Shown piece after piece: positions 31,569 to 43,255 of a stretch of 64,000 nt of DNA (position 1 is its first letter; each line of letters begins with the position of its first letter). The stretch is from assembly GCA_977018835.1 (NCBI GenBank), contig OZ361256.1, forward strand, positions 2,108,001 through 2,172,000. Direction: 5' to 3'. A program made the position numbers and the translations under genes. The notes under the pieces were generated by a model. It was not told the origin of the DNA, did no database searches, and saw nothing but the letters and a program-made list of their open reading frames with translations. This stretch comes from Minutocellus sp. GHC0000111 (Eukaryota).

Positions 31569-33049
31569 ATGGGATTAGCAAAGACCGCCGAACCATTCGT
31601 ATGCGGTGGCTCCGCCGCCACCTTCGCCTCGGTCGTCATCCACCCGATCGATCTGGCCAAGGTGTGTGTTTTCGTTGGACGCAACTTTTGGGGATGCGAA
31701 GTTTATTATCGTTGGGTGGAGATTCGCGCCACGTAGGCCCAGCCATCCAACAAAATGCCGGCAATGCTCGGAAGAAAGTGCCGGTAGCCAAATTTGGGGG
31801 TTGGTGCTCATATGGCACGGTCGCTTGGGGTTGGGCAGGCAACGTGCACGGGGATCGCACAGGGCTCTTTGCATTTGGTGATTGGCGGCCCCATTCCAGC
31901 ACGAATTGCCATTTTTGCGGTATCGGCATTAATTTGTTCATTCTCACGGGATGGTTCGCGTTGCAAAAAGCATTCGATGGCTTGCTTGGGCGGTGCTGCA
32001 CCCATCCCACAGACTCAACAACGAAAGCTATACTTGAGCCAATCCCTTCATGAATACGCATCGTATTTGCGATTTCGTACTACTTTTGGGCCAGTTCAAG
32101 TCGATTTTGCCTTGTTCCGCATCACTTTCGCTTGTTCTAACCCATCACTTCTCCCCCAATGTCTCTACCTACCTCGCACAAACACCCACCTTCTAAACAG
32201 GTTCGAATGCAGCTGTATGGTCAGCTCAACCCCGGTAAGCCCATTCCTGGCTTCGGTACCATCATTCAGAAGATTGTGAAGAAGGACGGCGTTTCGGCCA
32301 TCTACAAGGGTGTCGATGCCGCCATCGGCAGACAAATGGTGTACGGTACGGCCCGTATCGGCCTGCACAGGACCTTCAGTGATGTCCTCGTCAAGTGGAA
32401 CGATGGCAAGCCGGTCAACTTCCTTACCAAGACCCTGTCGGGTATGGCCAGTGGCGCCATCGCCGTCTGCATCGGCACTCCCTTTGACATTGCTCTGGTG
32501 AGATTGCAATCCGACAGCATGGCCCCCGAGAAGGACCGCAGAAACTATAAGAATGTGTTCGACGCGCTCGTCCGAACGACCAAGGAGGAGGGCATCGGCG
32601 CCCTCTACAAGGGACTGGCGCCCAACATCCTCCGCGGTATGTCCATGAACGTTGGTATGTTGGCGTGCTACGATCAGGCCAAGGAGATGGTGGCCAAGCT
32701 GCTCAATGATCCCATGACCAACGGACCCACCCTTCCCACCAAGCTGGGTTCCTCGGCCATTGCCGGCTTCACGGCCGCCCTGTTCAGTTTGCCGTTTGAT
32801 CTGATCAAGTCCCGATTGATGGCACAAAAGCCCATCCCGGAGACCGGAAAGATGCCCTACAGCGGTGTGGCGGACTGTGCCGTCCAGATCTTCAAGAAGG
32901 AGGGACCTCTGGGATTCTACGGTGGCTTCTCGGCCTACTACGGCCGATGCGCACCGCACGCCATGATCATTCTGATTTCCATTGAGAGCATTACTCAGGC
33001 ATACAAGAATGCATTCAATTCTTTAAAAAATGGCGACGGTGTCCATTGA
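31569..33049 (+). CDS. Mitochondrial carrier, 2-oxoglutarate/malate or dicarboxylate-tricarboxylate type; exons 31569-31661 and 32201-33049
   Basis: Three PxD motifs (HPIDLAK|VRMQ, TPFDIALVRLQSD, LPFDLIKSRL); RQMVYGTARIG. 539-bp phase-0 intron. Confidence 0.93.
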
Positions 33050-33371
33050 TGGGAGTTAGATTCGCGAGTTGTGGGTGGTTTGACGGAACGACAACGGTTC
33101 CTCTCCCCTTTCGTCAGTCTTTCCGTGGGGTTTGCTGTGTTCGGATGGTGACGCGACTTTCGGGTGTCCGGAGGCACCCTTCCTTTCGCCATCGATGCTG
33201 TTACCAGTAAACTTGGCTACTAGCTTAGTATGAAGCTGATATATCACTCCGTGCTCTCAGGGGGCGCAGATTTTGTAAACATATAAACCATCAGTATATT
33301 CAATTTGCAAATTGTGCACATTTTTTGGCTTATTTCATCTTAGGCTGCCGGCGCACTACTTGCTTCGATTC

Positions 33372-35166
33372 CTACCCGTATTTCGCCATTAGCTTTTTCT
33401 TCTTTTCTTGAATGGCCGCCAATTCCTCCGGAGTCTTCTCCCGTCTCTTCTCTTCTTGCCGAGGTGGGGGGTCATTGGCACCGGAAGCAGAAGCCGCATT
33501 AGCTGTGTTTGCGACGCTCGACTTCGGAGGACTGCGCTCTCGGCCGCCTCCATATCGATCACGGCTACGCGAGCGACTACGCTCATACCCGCGCCCCCTT
33601 CCATCGTCGCGTTCGTATCGATCGCGCCTCCACCGATCATCTTCATGCCGCCTACCACCGCCGCCGCCGCCGTAGCCTCTGTCACGGCGATCATTGTATC
33701 GATCATCCTCTCGATAGCGGTCTCGTTCACGACCCCGCCCACGATCTCTGTCGTCGTAGTAGTTGTCTCTTCCACGGCTCCGGAGATCGTTTCCGCGATC
33801 CCAATCGCCACGACCTCTGCCGTAATCATCATCACCGCCGGCACCGCTTCCGCCACCACCAGAGCCTTGGCGCAAATCAATCTCACCTATGCGCACGGTT
33901 TCGGTATTACCATATTCAGGAAAGGTAACAATAAACTTGGGCCTAACCAATGGCTCTCCGGTCACATCATCATGCGTCAGAACACGATCCACAACGGCAT
34001 CGTACCAGGTTACCGGATTCTCTTCATCTCCATACAAAGCTCTCACGGCACTTCCTACTCGGCGGAAATGTTCCATCTTGGCTCTGTCAGCAAGGTTCGC
34101 CTTGGCCCGTCGTTCAACCCCTTCAGCTTCCACCAGCTTCGCTTTGACATCCCGCTCGATCTGAACCGGCAGACGGGGTAGGAGGGTGCCATAGTAATCC
34201 ATACTCTTGAGAAGCTGACGGACGAACTCACCGACGGTACCCTCTGGACGTGCAGGATTGGCACAGATCTGAACGGGCTCGTCGTCATACAAATATGGTC
34301 CCATGTATGAAAAGATGAGCGAGGGTTCCACGGCATAACGCAAGTACAGGAACCCAACGCACCGAATGTATGGACTATCGACATGATCCAGCATGAGTTG
34401 CATCTGCTTCTCGGTGCATCGTAGTGTGAAGAGCCGAACGAGAAGACAGAAGGCCGTAGATGGTGTCTTGGAACCTGTGGTGGGTGAGAAAACGAGCAAA
34501 GTGCATAATGTTGAGAGAATGGGTCCAACACTGGGATAAAGATAACGCGCCCCTTCCACCTCATCTCATTTCATCTCACTGTCAAGTGGAATGATACACA
34601 CCGTTGAAAAGCACGTCAATTCAAAGCATAACATGCTATCGGTGAGTCGGTGATCATCGCATCGAGACGTCAGTTTGTAGCCATGCTCCCTTACCTGCCA
34701 CACATGGCAGAGGTAATGAAAGCAGGCACAAGAGATTTGAGAGGTGGGGAGGGGCATTAGAGTTTGGCAATCGCAAAAGCGGAAACCCAAAACCGGCACA
34801 TACGGTAACACGGGGCCTTCTGCAACGAAACAAAATATGCAGCACATACACCGGCACAAACAAACCAACAAACGCACCTGGTGTCCAAGGCTCCAAATGC
34901 TTCACTTCGTAGTAAATCTCATCGACCAGCGCATTCCAGTCCTTGATCTTGCCGTAGCACTTCTGGTAGAAGTAGGGAGACACCGATATGTTGTGAAGGA
35001 GCATGGGGTTGATGTTGAAGGTGTCGTCCGGACCGACGAGGGGAAGGACTCCGGCGGAACGGTGCCGGGAGCGACCCTCATCGATGGCGAGGCGAAAGGC
35101 CTCTTCGGCCTGCCTCTTACGCTCCTGGACGTTGGCCTCCTGCCTGTTGAGGGCGGCGCGGGACAT
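33372..35166 (-). CDS. PRP38: PRP38-family splicing factor (PRP38B-like) with Tudor and RS/RD domains; exons 35166-34878 and 34474-33372
   Basis: NINPMLLHNI.VSPYF, LVDEIYYEVKHLEPW, STAFCLL, SPYIRCVGFLYLRY. Tudor-like WYDAVVD..FIVTFPEYGNTETV. 403-bp phase-1 intron. Confidence 0.9.
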
Positions 35167-37241
35167 AGCTATGGCTGGTTGAATGCCGCCGGTAAATGGT
35201 GACTTCTCTGGCTCGCAGGCGATGAAAGCGAAAGGTGCGGCCCGCCCTTGCCTTGGCCAAATTGCACAGCAACAAGACGCCGCACAAAGTCAGCCCATTC
35301 ATGCGTTAGCGCGATAAACACCCGGAAATATAAAAGAAACCCGGAAATACCACCCATCTCGGACTTTGTTATTATTCCTACAAAACCAGCAACCCCAACC
35401 CATGCCCGAAGAAGACCACCAAGATGGCATGTGGCAACCATGCCCGCCTCTTTATCTCTTCTCCATATATTTGACTTGGCCAGTGAGTCGTCCTTCTGAG
35501 CCTCCCACTCCTGAAACTGACGAAAACCGACTTTCGGCGTTTGTCACCGACCGGCCTCGACCTCCACGACGGCTACAATTGAAGAGGAAAGTAACGACGC
35601 AGAAGAGTAAATGGGATATTGCCCACATTTGACGGCTTGGTAGGGTGGTTTGATGTAAGCACGGGGCGCCGGCATGAGAGTGTTATTCAGTTCGTACGCT
35701 CAAGAGTCGCGAAACGCCGATGCCGTCTCAAAAATCAAGAATTCGACTTCGTCGCAAAAAACGGTCCTCAATGTTGATGTGGCCTTATTGCTCGAAAAAT
35801 TCCGCTTAGAGTGTCTACACAACTTTTGGTATTTCGCTACCATGACACTACTGGATCGCTCGATGAGCTTCTTCTGTGGGTTGGGTGTCGGTAAGCGGAT
35901 CATTTTGTTGGGGCTTTGTGGATTTGCAATAAATTTTCCGGTATTGGGACAGGCGCCAAAATCAGATTATGTGCAATAGTTCTTGAAATTGAAGCCTGGG
36001 GCACTGATTCTCGTTCAATCCTGCTAAGGTATGTACTAAAAAATGGAAGTGCATGTGTTGATTGTTGAGTTTGTGTTGGCAACCTATTGCATTCTCACAC
36101 AATGACAAGTAAAACCAGAACTTCCAGATTCTCATCAACTTCTCCACCGCGACATCACTTTCTCAATAGGCATGCCAAATTGACGATTGCGAGGCTTCCA
36201 CTCGGACGGTATGTACCCACTCTGAGGCCCGATAGCATTTTCCTAGCGATTGGGTAGATAGTTCGGCCAAACTATCTCATGTTGTCATTTTTTGAGGGTG
36301 ACTTTGATTGCACTGGGAGGTCAAAAATACCAACATGACGATAGTTTGGGTCAATGCGCGTCCATTCACCAAATCAGTACCTTATTCCCGCCCAGATATG
36401 ATATGAGGCGGCTCATTGATGGAAAGCTTCGCGGGGTTGCTTCAAAGATTGACGATTTAAGAAGTACCTGAATGTTTCGTGGAGGTCGACGCCAGATTTG
36501 ACAGGGTGCTGATTCGAAATACCAATGTTGGTACTGAACAACAATCAACTACAACTACTCAACGGGAAGGACATTAAACAACGGTCCTTGGCATACCCGA
36601 TCGGCCTCTATGGTCATGGAAGGTCTTTTGTACCGGTGTGGAAGACAATCGAGGCAAATCGATGTGAAAGTTCGACGATTTTATCGTAAATTTCGGCGGT
36701 CGTCGACCTCCACGAAGAGTCAGGGCTTATAACTCAACAAATAATCACGAACTGAATAGCGCTCGCATAGCACTTCACCGCAATATATATCTAGAGCGAG
36801 TCTACGGGTAGTAGCTGTTGAAGAATGACTTACTTGGCTATTTGTAGACGTTACTAACATCTGAGAGCAAAGTCGGGCCATGCGGCAGCCCCGTTGCAGC
36901 TACTACAGATGACTGTGGCTACTAAGCTTCACAGAGTAGACAAGTATATACATGTGTAATGAGACTAAAGCAAATAGAATACTCTTGGTTGGGTCCTTAT
37001 GCCGATCTATCATCATCCCCTGCCAGAAAGGTTGACTTCCTGGAATTTAGCTCAGAGGCCCATAAAAATTGAAAATAATCAATAGATTGACACCGATTTG
37101 TGGCAGAACCCCGATGAAACTCATCAAATATCGAAAGATATACAATGCTAGGAGGCAACTGCATGGGAGTGATCACGAGTTTGCCTTCACGGGACGAATA
37201 GTATCAATTCCAAGTCTGCAATTCTATGCACCTCAGCCTAG

Positions 37242-37709
37242 TGTCGCCACGAGGAGATAGTAGGAGGCATCAATGAAGCTGGCATACGTGATCGGGGATA
37301 TGCCGCCAGCATTGTTGGCGTTCCCAGGGCCGAGTTGACTGCCTTCCTCGAAGGCCACAGGAGCGTAGCTGAAAATGTCTTTCATTCCATCGGATACGAG
37401 CAGAAACTGTTCAATGCAAACAGGGACGAGTACATTCGACTTTGTGGACCCGAATTCTACACCTTTTCCAAGTGCAATACTTGCGACCACTACGGATGCT
37501 TGCCAATCAAGCGATTGGATGGCTGGGGCAATATCAAGGCCAAACCGGGGAAAAAGCACTCTCGTTGCACAGCGGACGAAAAGGGTAGGTACGAGGAGGT
37601 TCAGGACGTGTCGGACATTACGCCCAGCACCTCAGATTATCGGCCTTCAATTCAAGAGGTGACAGCCAGCCAACACATGTGTAACAATTTTCTACGTAGA
37701 TCTAGCTAG
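37242..37709 (+). pseudogene. Gene-like fragment without ATG in the degraded region
   Basis: A stop-free frame of ~155 codons (..IVGGINEAGIRDRGYAASIVGVP..KCNTCDHYGCLP..) is preceded by in-frame stops at 37239 and 37170. Confidence 0.35.
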
Positions 37710-38553
37710 ACGTTTACATGTGCATGTAGGATCGACATAATCAGAAGATGAGAAGCGAAGAAAGTAGGATAAGCAAAGCCAGCCGCAAATAATTACTCAG
37801 AGCGCCGTTCAGGTCCACTTCTAAATCCTCTAAACTGCTCGTAGTAACCATATTCTCGACTCAAATGACGAGCCGAGAATCCGTCACTATCAGAGCATCT
37901 ACCAGTCTCGAAATGATTCAGCATGCACATGTAAATGAATAAATCCTGAGTGTTGTTCTTTTGTTTTTGCCGCTTTGGGAAGTCCCAATGTCCCCCTGGG
38001 TCGTCCCTGCACCTTATTTTTGGTCTACCGTGCCAGGAGAGTGTGTTATTTATGCATGTGTTGACCTGAAGTTTAATTTGGCAATGTGCTCTGAGTTTGC
38101 CTGCATGCACATGTGTCAATGGCAACTTCGGCGTTCAATTCATGTTCTATCATCATCGCCATTTTACTACATGTACATGTACCAGCCAGGCATCCTGTTA
38201 TCTGTTTTGCCAGTGCTGCACAATGCATCCATAGCAAGGTATTCCATGTGCCAGTAGATCTAATTGGTATTGTTGCCAGCGTCGAAAAAATATTTATCAA
38301 TATTTTATCTCCTGCTGCTGGTCTTTGTTCAGCAATTGCCCTCCCTTCTTTATCCACTACTGGCTATTTGCTGGACTTCATCGGACTTATTGACTACATG
38401 TAATCCACCGCCGGAAAAAAAATGACAGCATAATGGCAGGAAAGCGTGTTACTATGAGCCGAGTCCATCGATGTTATTGGTCAAAGATCGACCTCAAATG
38501 TATTTTCAAAAATCAACAGGAGGGTGTGCTCGCAAAAGAGTATCTGACTAAAG

Positions 38554-38885
38554 TTACTCAACCTTCTGATCATCTCTGCCACCACCACCTCCTCCAGCCA
38601 AAATTTCCCACACCTTCTTCAAAGATGGCACATACAGAGGAACATCCTTCTTGTATTGACTATAATCTGGATATTTCGCAGACGATAATTTCTCTGTAAA
38701 CGCCCCTGACCCCTGAAACAACAGCACAAGGAGAAAGCAACCAACGAAGGACCAATTCAAGAGATATTCTGTAGCGCCACCTGTCGCCGCTACTGTAAAG
38801 AAGTAATTGCAGATCCATATCGATTGTTCGCAACTGTAATTGGGCTTTCTCAACATTGCAAAGAGACCCGATCGGCAAAAGCCAG
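38554..38885 (-). pseudogene. 3' remnant of a DUF1295 / steroid 5-alpha-reductase-like membrane protein gene
   Basis: GFCRSGLFAMLRKPNYSCEQSIW..LFQGSGAFTEKLSSAKYPDYSQYKKDVP is the typical DUF1295 C-terminus. The N-terminal two-thirds are absent. Confidence 0.75.
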
Positions 38886-39113
38886 TGGCATGTAGGAAAA
38901 TGGCCCATCCACATCCACTTCGTTTTGTTTTTCCATTCAGGGATTTCCCGGGAAAACTGGGAAATACCTATTTTGACACAGAGGTCGAAATCATTTTCTT
39001 TACCTTGCTACATGTACTACGTAGTCAGGCGATACCTGGGTATCATAATGAGAACAGCCTTATATTATTTGCAGCTGTATTTTATCAGGAGGGCTTTCAT
39101 TCCACCTCCTCCA

Positions 39114-41314
39114 TCACGGTTGCCAAACAGTGGCATCAAGGCCAAAGTCCTCGGCGGAAGGAGCCTTGTCATCGAGGAGCTGTTGGACCGAAACCGGAGA
39201 ATTCCCGATTCTGCGGAATCGGGGGGCAATTTTACCATTCGGCCGAACCGAAAACGAATCGGCCGAATCGCACTCTCTACAATACGAAAGCGAAGAACTT
39301 GAGCATTCTTCGGTCTCGGGTTTTCCGATTACGAAACCAAAGAATGAAGGTGCCACGTCGCGCTTTGTTCCCGTTGGCCAGTACCAATGCGGCTTTCACT
39401 TTGTTGAGAGCGCTATTCGATTGCATGTGCGTAACAAAACAAATGAGCAGCACCGCTGCAGCCAACCGCAACGATTCCCTGACTTGCAGCGTGGAAGACA
39501 CGCAAGTCTGTTCCGCATGTTCGAGCGCACCGTTATGAAATGAAGTCGACATTGCCTTTTGGAGAGAGGCCGAAATCAGTGGTAGCGGGTACGACAGATC
39601 CCATGTCGATCGAAAATATGTTGTAGACCAGCACATTGCTCATTGCTCACATCATCATTACATTTGCCGCACATTGTAACTTGGGATTGGATTACAAATA
39701 AATCAGCAAATAAATGAACTTATACTAGTAGCATAATTTGCTATAATAATATGCTATGTACAATCTTCATAATACATACGATAGATGTGCATTCAAGTAA
39801 GTTCCTCTTCGACCTTGACACATTTTCATGTTTTTTAGATGCAACATTTTGTTCTTTCCATTTTATTTGGAATTCCTACTGTATCTCTTTTTTTGCAGCT
39901 CACAGCTTAAATCCAGGTTTATCGGCTTGGGCACCAACAACATCCGTTGTGGTGGGGCGAGGGAACAGCAGCACGTGTGTACCTACTACTAGTCGCAGCA
40001 TGTGGTCAAGGCGATAGAACGATTGTGATGAAAGCAGCCTCAAGACTTCTTTTTTCGTTTGCTACCGGAGCAATCTTGTGAGAAGGAGGCTTTGCGGCCC
40101 TTGGGAGACGAGAGAATCGTCGAAGAAGATTCTCTCGAAGCATCATTCTTCGGTTTCGTAAAAAAAATCAAGAAACCGATGAAAAGCAGCCATTCTTTGG
40201 TCTCGGGGAAGGAGAGTGCCATTCGGCGGAATCGGTCCGATTCCGCCGAACCGAAAAAGTGGGCTTCCCGATTCCGCCGAACGGGTAATTCTTCGGTTTC
40301 GGTCCAACAGAGCCACTCAGTGGCTTCGTTGAACCTCTTCTTACTGAGAACGCCGTATTTCTCGTCCTGTCGAGTTTCTTTGACAAAATCACAACACAAA
40401 CCTACGTTTTGAATCTGATACGAGCGTGAATTGTCCCAATGATCATTGGATTCATCATCAAGACCCAACATCGACTTGGCTTCCTCCACGGCATCAGCGG
40501 CGGCCGCGTTGTCCTGGATTGCCATGTCCCATCCCTGGAAGGTAACATCTAGGAATGTCGTTACAACCTCTCTCTTATCATTGGCAGCCAAATCATCTTT
40601 GGGAGCAAACAAAAGTTGTGAGTACCCCAGCTTCGCTCCGTACATTCCCTCGAGGGCTGGAGCAGCAATGCTGGAATTTGAGTTGCCAGAATCTCGTAAT
40701 TTCTGTTCCAATGTTGGAACTTCCGTCGTAAGATAAGCCTGGATGGCATCCAGCTTTCCCGACATGAGGTCAGTATTCTTGGTCGCACGAGGGCTAGCAA
40801 TCACCTTGTATTGGCGATCTTCGGTACTGGACGCCAAGATGCGCTCAATAAGAGATACGGTGTCCTCATGAGCTCCAACGATAATCTCCTCCTTTGATCC
40901 CTCTCCATCTATCGATGCCAGGCACAGTGGGCTGCGATGGAACATTGCAGCCACAGCCTTCAGCTTGAGGGATGGATCGCTGTACAGAGTCGGAATGAAG
41001 ATATTCTGCTCTACAGAGCCGATGGTGACCTTATCCTCGGCGCTGGCCTGACGGACTCGTTCCATTTCCAACCCAACGGGACAAATGGGTAGAAACTTGA
41101 GATCGATGCCGGCCTTCTCGTACATGCTGCTGGTCAGGGCCGTGGCGATACCGGCAAATTGCGCCGACATGTAGTAATCGAGCTGAAGCGATACAGTTTG
41201 AAGACCTCGGCGGGTGGTGAAGTTGGTATAGCTGGTTGTGGTGGTAGCGGTGTTTGTGGCAGTCGTCGAACGCTTGGTGGCAGCACGCGCCAGAGAGGCG
41301 CCAGTAAGAGATAT
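39114..41314 (-). pseudogene. NMT1/THI5-like (SsuA-type binding-protein fold) gene, split by a TIR element and lacking an ATG
   Basis: VSLQLDYYMSAQFAGI..YEKAGID, AVAAMFHRSPL, GKLDAIQAYLTTEV. Removing 39181-40309 and one GAGC gives in-frame ..EWL-LDDKAPSAEDFGLDATVWQP*. ATA at 41314 precedes a presequence-like SLTGASLARAATKR. Confidence 0.8.
39181..40309. mobile_element. Non-autonomous TIR element with TGT...ACA termini, ~167-bp imperfect inverted arms and a 4-bp TSD (Ginger-like)
   Basis: Left end tgttggaccgaaaccggagaatt; reverse complement of right end tgttggaccgaaaccgaagaatt. Arms 39181-39347 and 40143-40309 are colinear. GAGC at 39177-39180 and 40310-40313. The host ORF is restored on removal. 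Confidence 0.92.
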
Positions 41315-41525
41315 TGGACAGTGTACGAAGTCCGTTTCGCGAGAAATCGTGCGCAGGGTCGGGACCAAAACAGCGACTTTTTGGGCCCGCAACCGCCTGA
41401 ATCTTGGATCTACCGGCATTGAATACATGTACAATGCAAAGTACATGTATTGCAGCAGCTAGTATCCAGATCTACAATCCAATCTAGTATTATTAAACAC
41501 AATATAACTTAAAAGCACCGCAGGA

Positions 41526-43255
41526 CTAATTATCCATGGTTGGATCAGCAGGAGGAGGAGCGATAATTTTCCCATCTATCCGAACCATGCCATTTTCAGT
41601 CGGCCTGAAATCCTTTCGCACCCCAACATGAATGCCTTCACCGTTTCCAAGAAAATCATTGTTGCCTTTTGCAACGATTACCTTCTTTGCAATTCTATGA
41701 GCCTGGATTTATGCCGATGCGATCTTCCAGTTTTCCAGCCCCATCCAAACTTCCTCCGCTGCATCCCAAGTCTGATCCTCTGTCAAAACCTTCAGCCCCT
41801 CCCGATCGCGGCACAACATTGTATGCTGCTTTGACATGCAAGGGAAAACAGACAGATCAAGAACATTCATATGGGGCATTTGCGGGGCCTGAGGTTCCCA
41901 ACGTCATCCCTTGTCCCGACAGTATCCTTCCACATATTCCACAAATTCAGTCTCGGCATGGGGCCCAGCATTGTCGCCCTGGAAAATAGGGACATAGCCT
42001 TCAAACTTTCCGCCAGGTCCGACCAAAGCCTCAACATCCGGAAATATCTTGTTCTCAAACAAAGCTTTCAGTGGGAACTTGGGATTATCAAGGGTGCCAT
42101 GGCTGTATCCAGTCACCGCGCAATCCACAAGGTATAGATCGTCTTTCTTCCGAACCACCGGGCCGCAATATTTGATTCTACCATCTGCCTGCCGCACCGC
42201 CTCCCTTACCATCTGCCTCGCAATTTTATGCGCCTGAGCCCGAAAAAGTCCAAGCTTGAACGCAATGCCGCCATTCTCAATGCTGTCAATAAAAGCCAAG
42301 GCAGTGACAGCCACCACCATGCACTTGTTGATGTGATTTCGGTGATATGCCGAGAAGGACCGAGGATCAATACCCAATTCTGCAACTTGCTTGGCATACG
42401 ATCGAAGAACCAAGCCCCAAAACCACTTCTCATCGAACATAACAAGGAGAAACTTGCCACCGCCGAGCCCCCAATTGTTTCGGAATTTCCGCGCAAATGC
42501 CAAATGTTTCTCCATCTGATGTGTAGGCTAGTAAGGAGAGGGATGATCCTTTCGGCATAGTACCGGAACCCTTCCCGCGACATTATCCACCGCCGTATTG
42601 CCGAGTAGGAACACCAAAAGTTGACATCCACCTCCAGCTCCCGCCAAGATTCCCGAGGATTTCGTATCAGAGCATCAACAATAACATCTCGAATGTATGG
42701 CTGCATAGCCAGATGAGATCTCCTCTTCATCTCCCACATCGCCTTCTCAGATGCAGGTAGAGCACCATACGCCTTCATCCATCCCGAAAATCGTGCACCA
42801 TGCTCTGCGCTGGACAGCACCGAATAGTCCACCTTTGCCTGCTCCCTGCACTTGGCAATTGCAAAGAGACATGGTGCAGTATACCGCCGGGTCGCCGTTG
42901 CAAGATCGTCGATGACAGAACGGAAGGCGGCCGAATCAGATGAATCATCGGCACTCGTTGGGAAGCAGTATACCGGTCCAAGTATGCCGATCGCGTCATC
43001 GAAATGCTCAGCTTCGACTTCCGCCCGAGACACAAATGGATTGAACACATACTCACCGCTGTCTTGGCCATCATCATTGACCAGGAGAAAACTCTCAAGA
43101 TTGACGGGCCCGAGGATTTTGAGAAGCACATGCTCCTCAATGTCGTCAGTCGACTCGTCTGCCGGGCGATAAGGGCCGAGAACATGCCCCTCGACATGGA
43201 TGATGTCGTGGCAATAACTGAATCGGTGTACGACAAGGCCGCGGAGATGTTCCAC
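41526..43255 (-). pseudogene. Inactivated mariner-like transposase (DD38D, related to the DD39D plant-mariner type); true start unclear
   Basis: VMFDEKWF, FQGDNAGPH, PQAPQMPHMNVLDLSVF. Frameshift at ~42525, TGA at 41904 and TAA at 41709. Terminal TAG at 41526. Confidence 0.88.

Noticed and set aside
31662..32200. snoRNA or riboswitch in the 539-bp carrier intron
   Set aside because: No convincing C/D, H/ACA or aptamer motifs seen.
38990..39113. TPP riboswitch downstream of the THI5-like gene
   Set aside because: No CUGAGA or CCUGA..UAAU..GCG..GG core visible on either strand by eye; an Infernal scan would settle it.
39181..40309. Solo LTR reading of TGTTGG...CCAACA
   Set aside because: The inverted arms extend ~167 bp and the duplication is 4 bp; the 5-bp flanks (ggagc, gagcc) do not match. 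Disfavoured rather than excluded.
40040..41446. 468-aa ORF as a real protein
   Set aside because: Chimera: the N-terminus comes from the mariner end and the C-terminus from the TIR arm.
41904..41906. Selenocysteine or readthrough TGA in the transposase
   Set aside because: Best explained as a TGG>TGA change; the same gene has another stop and a frameshift.
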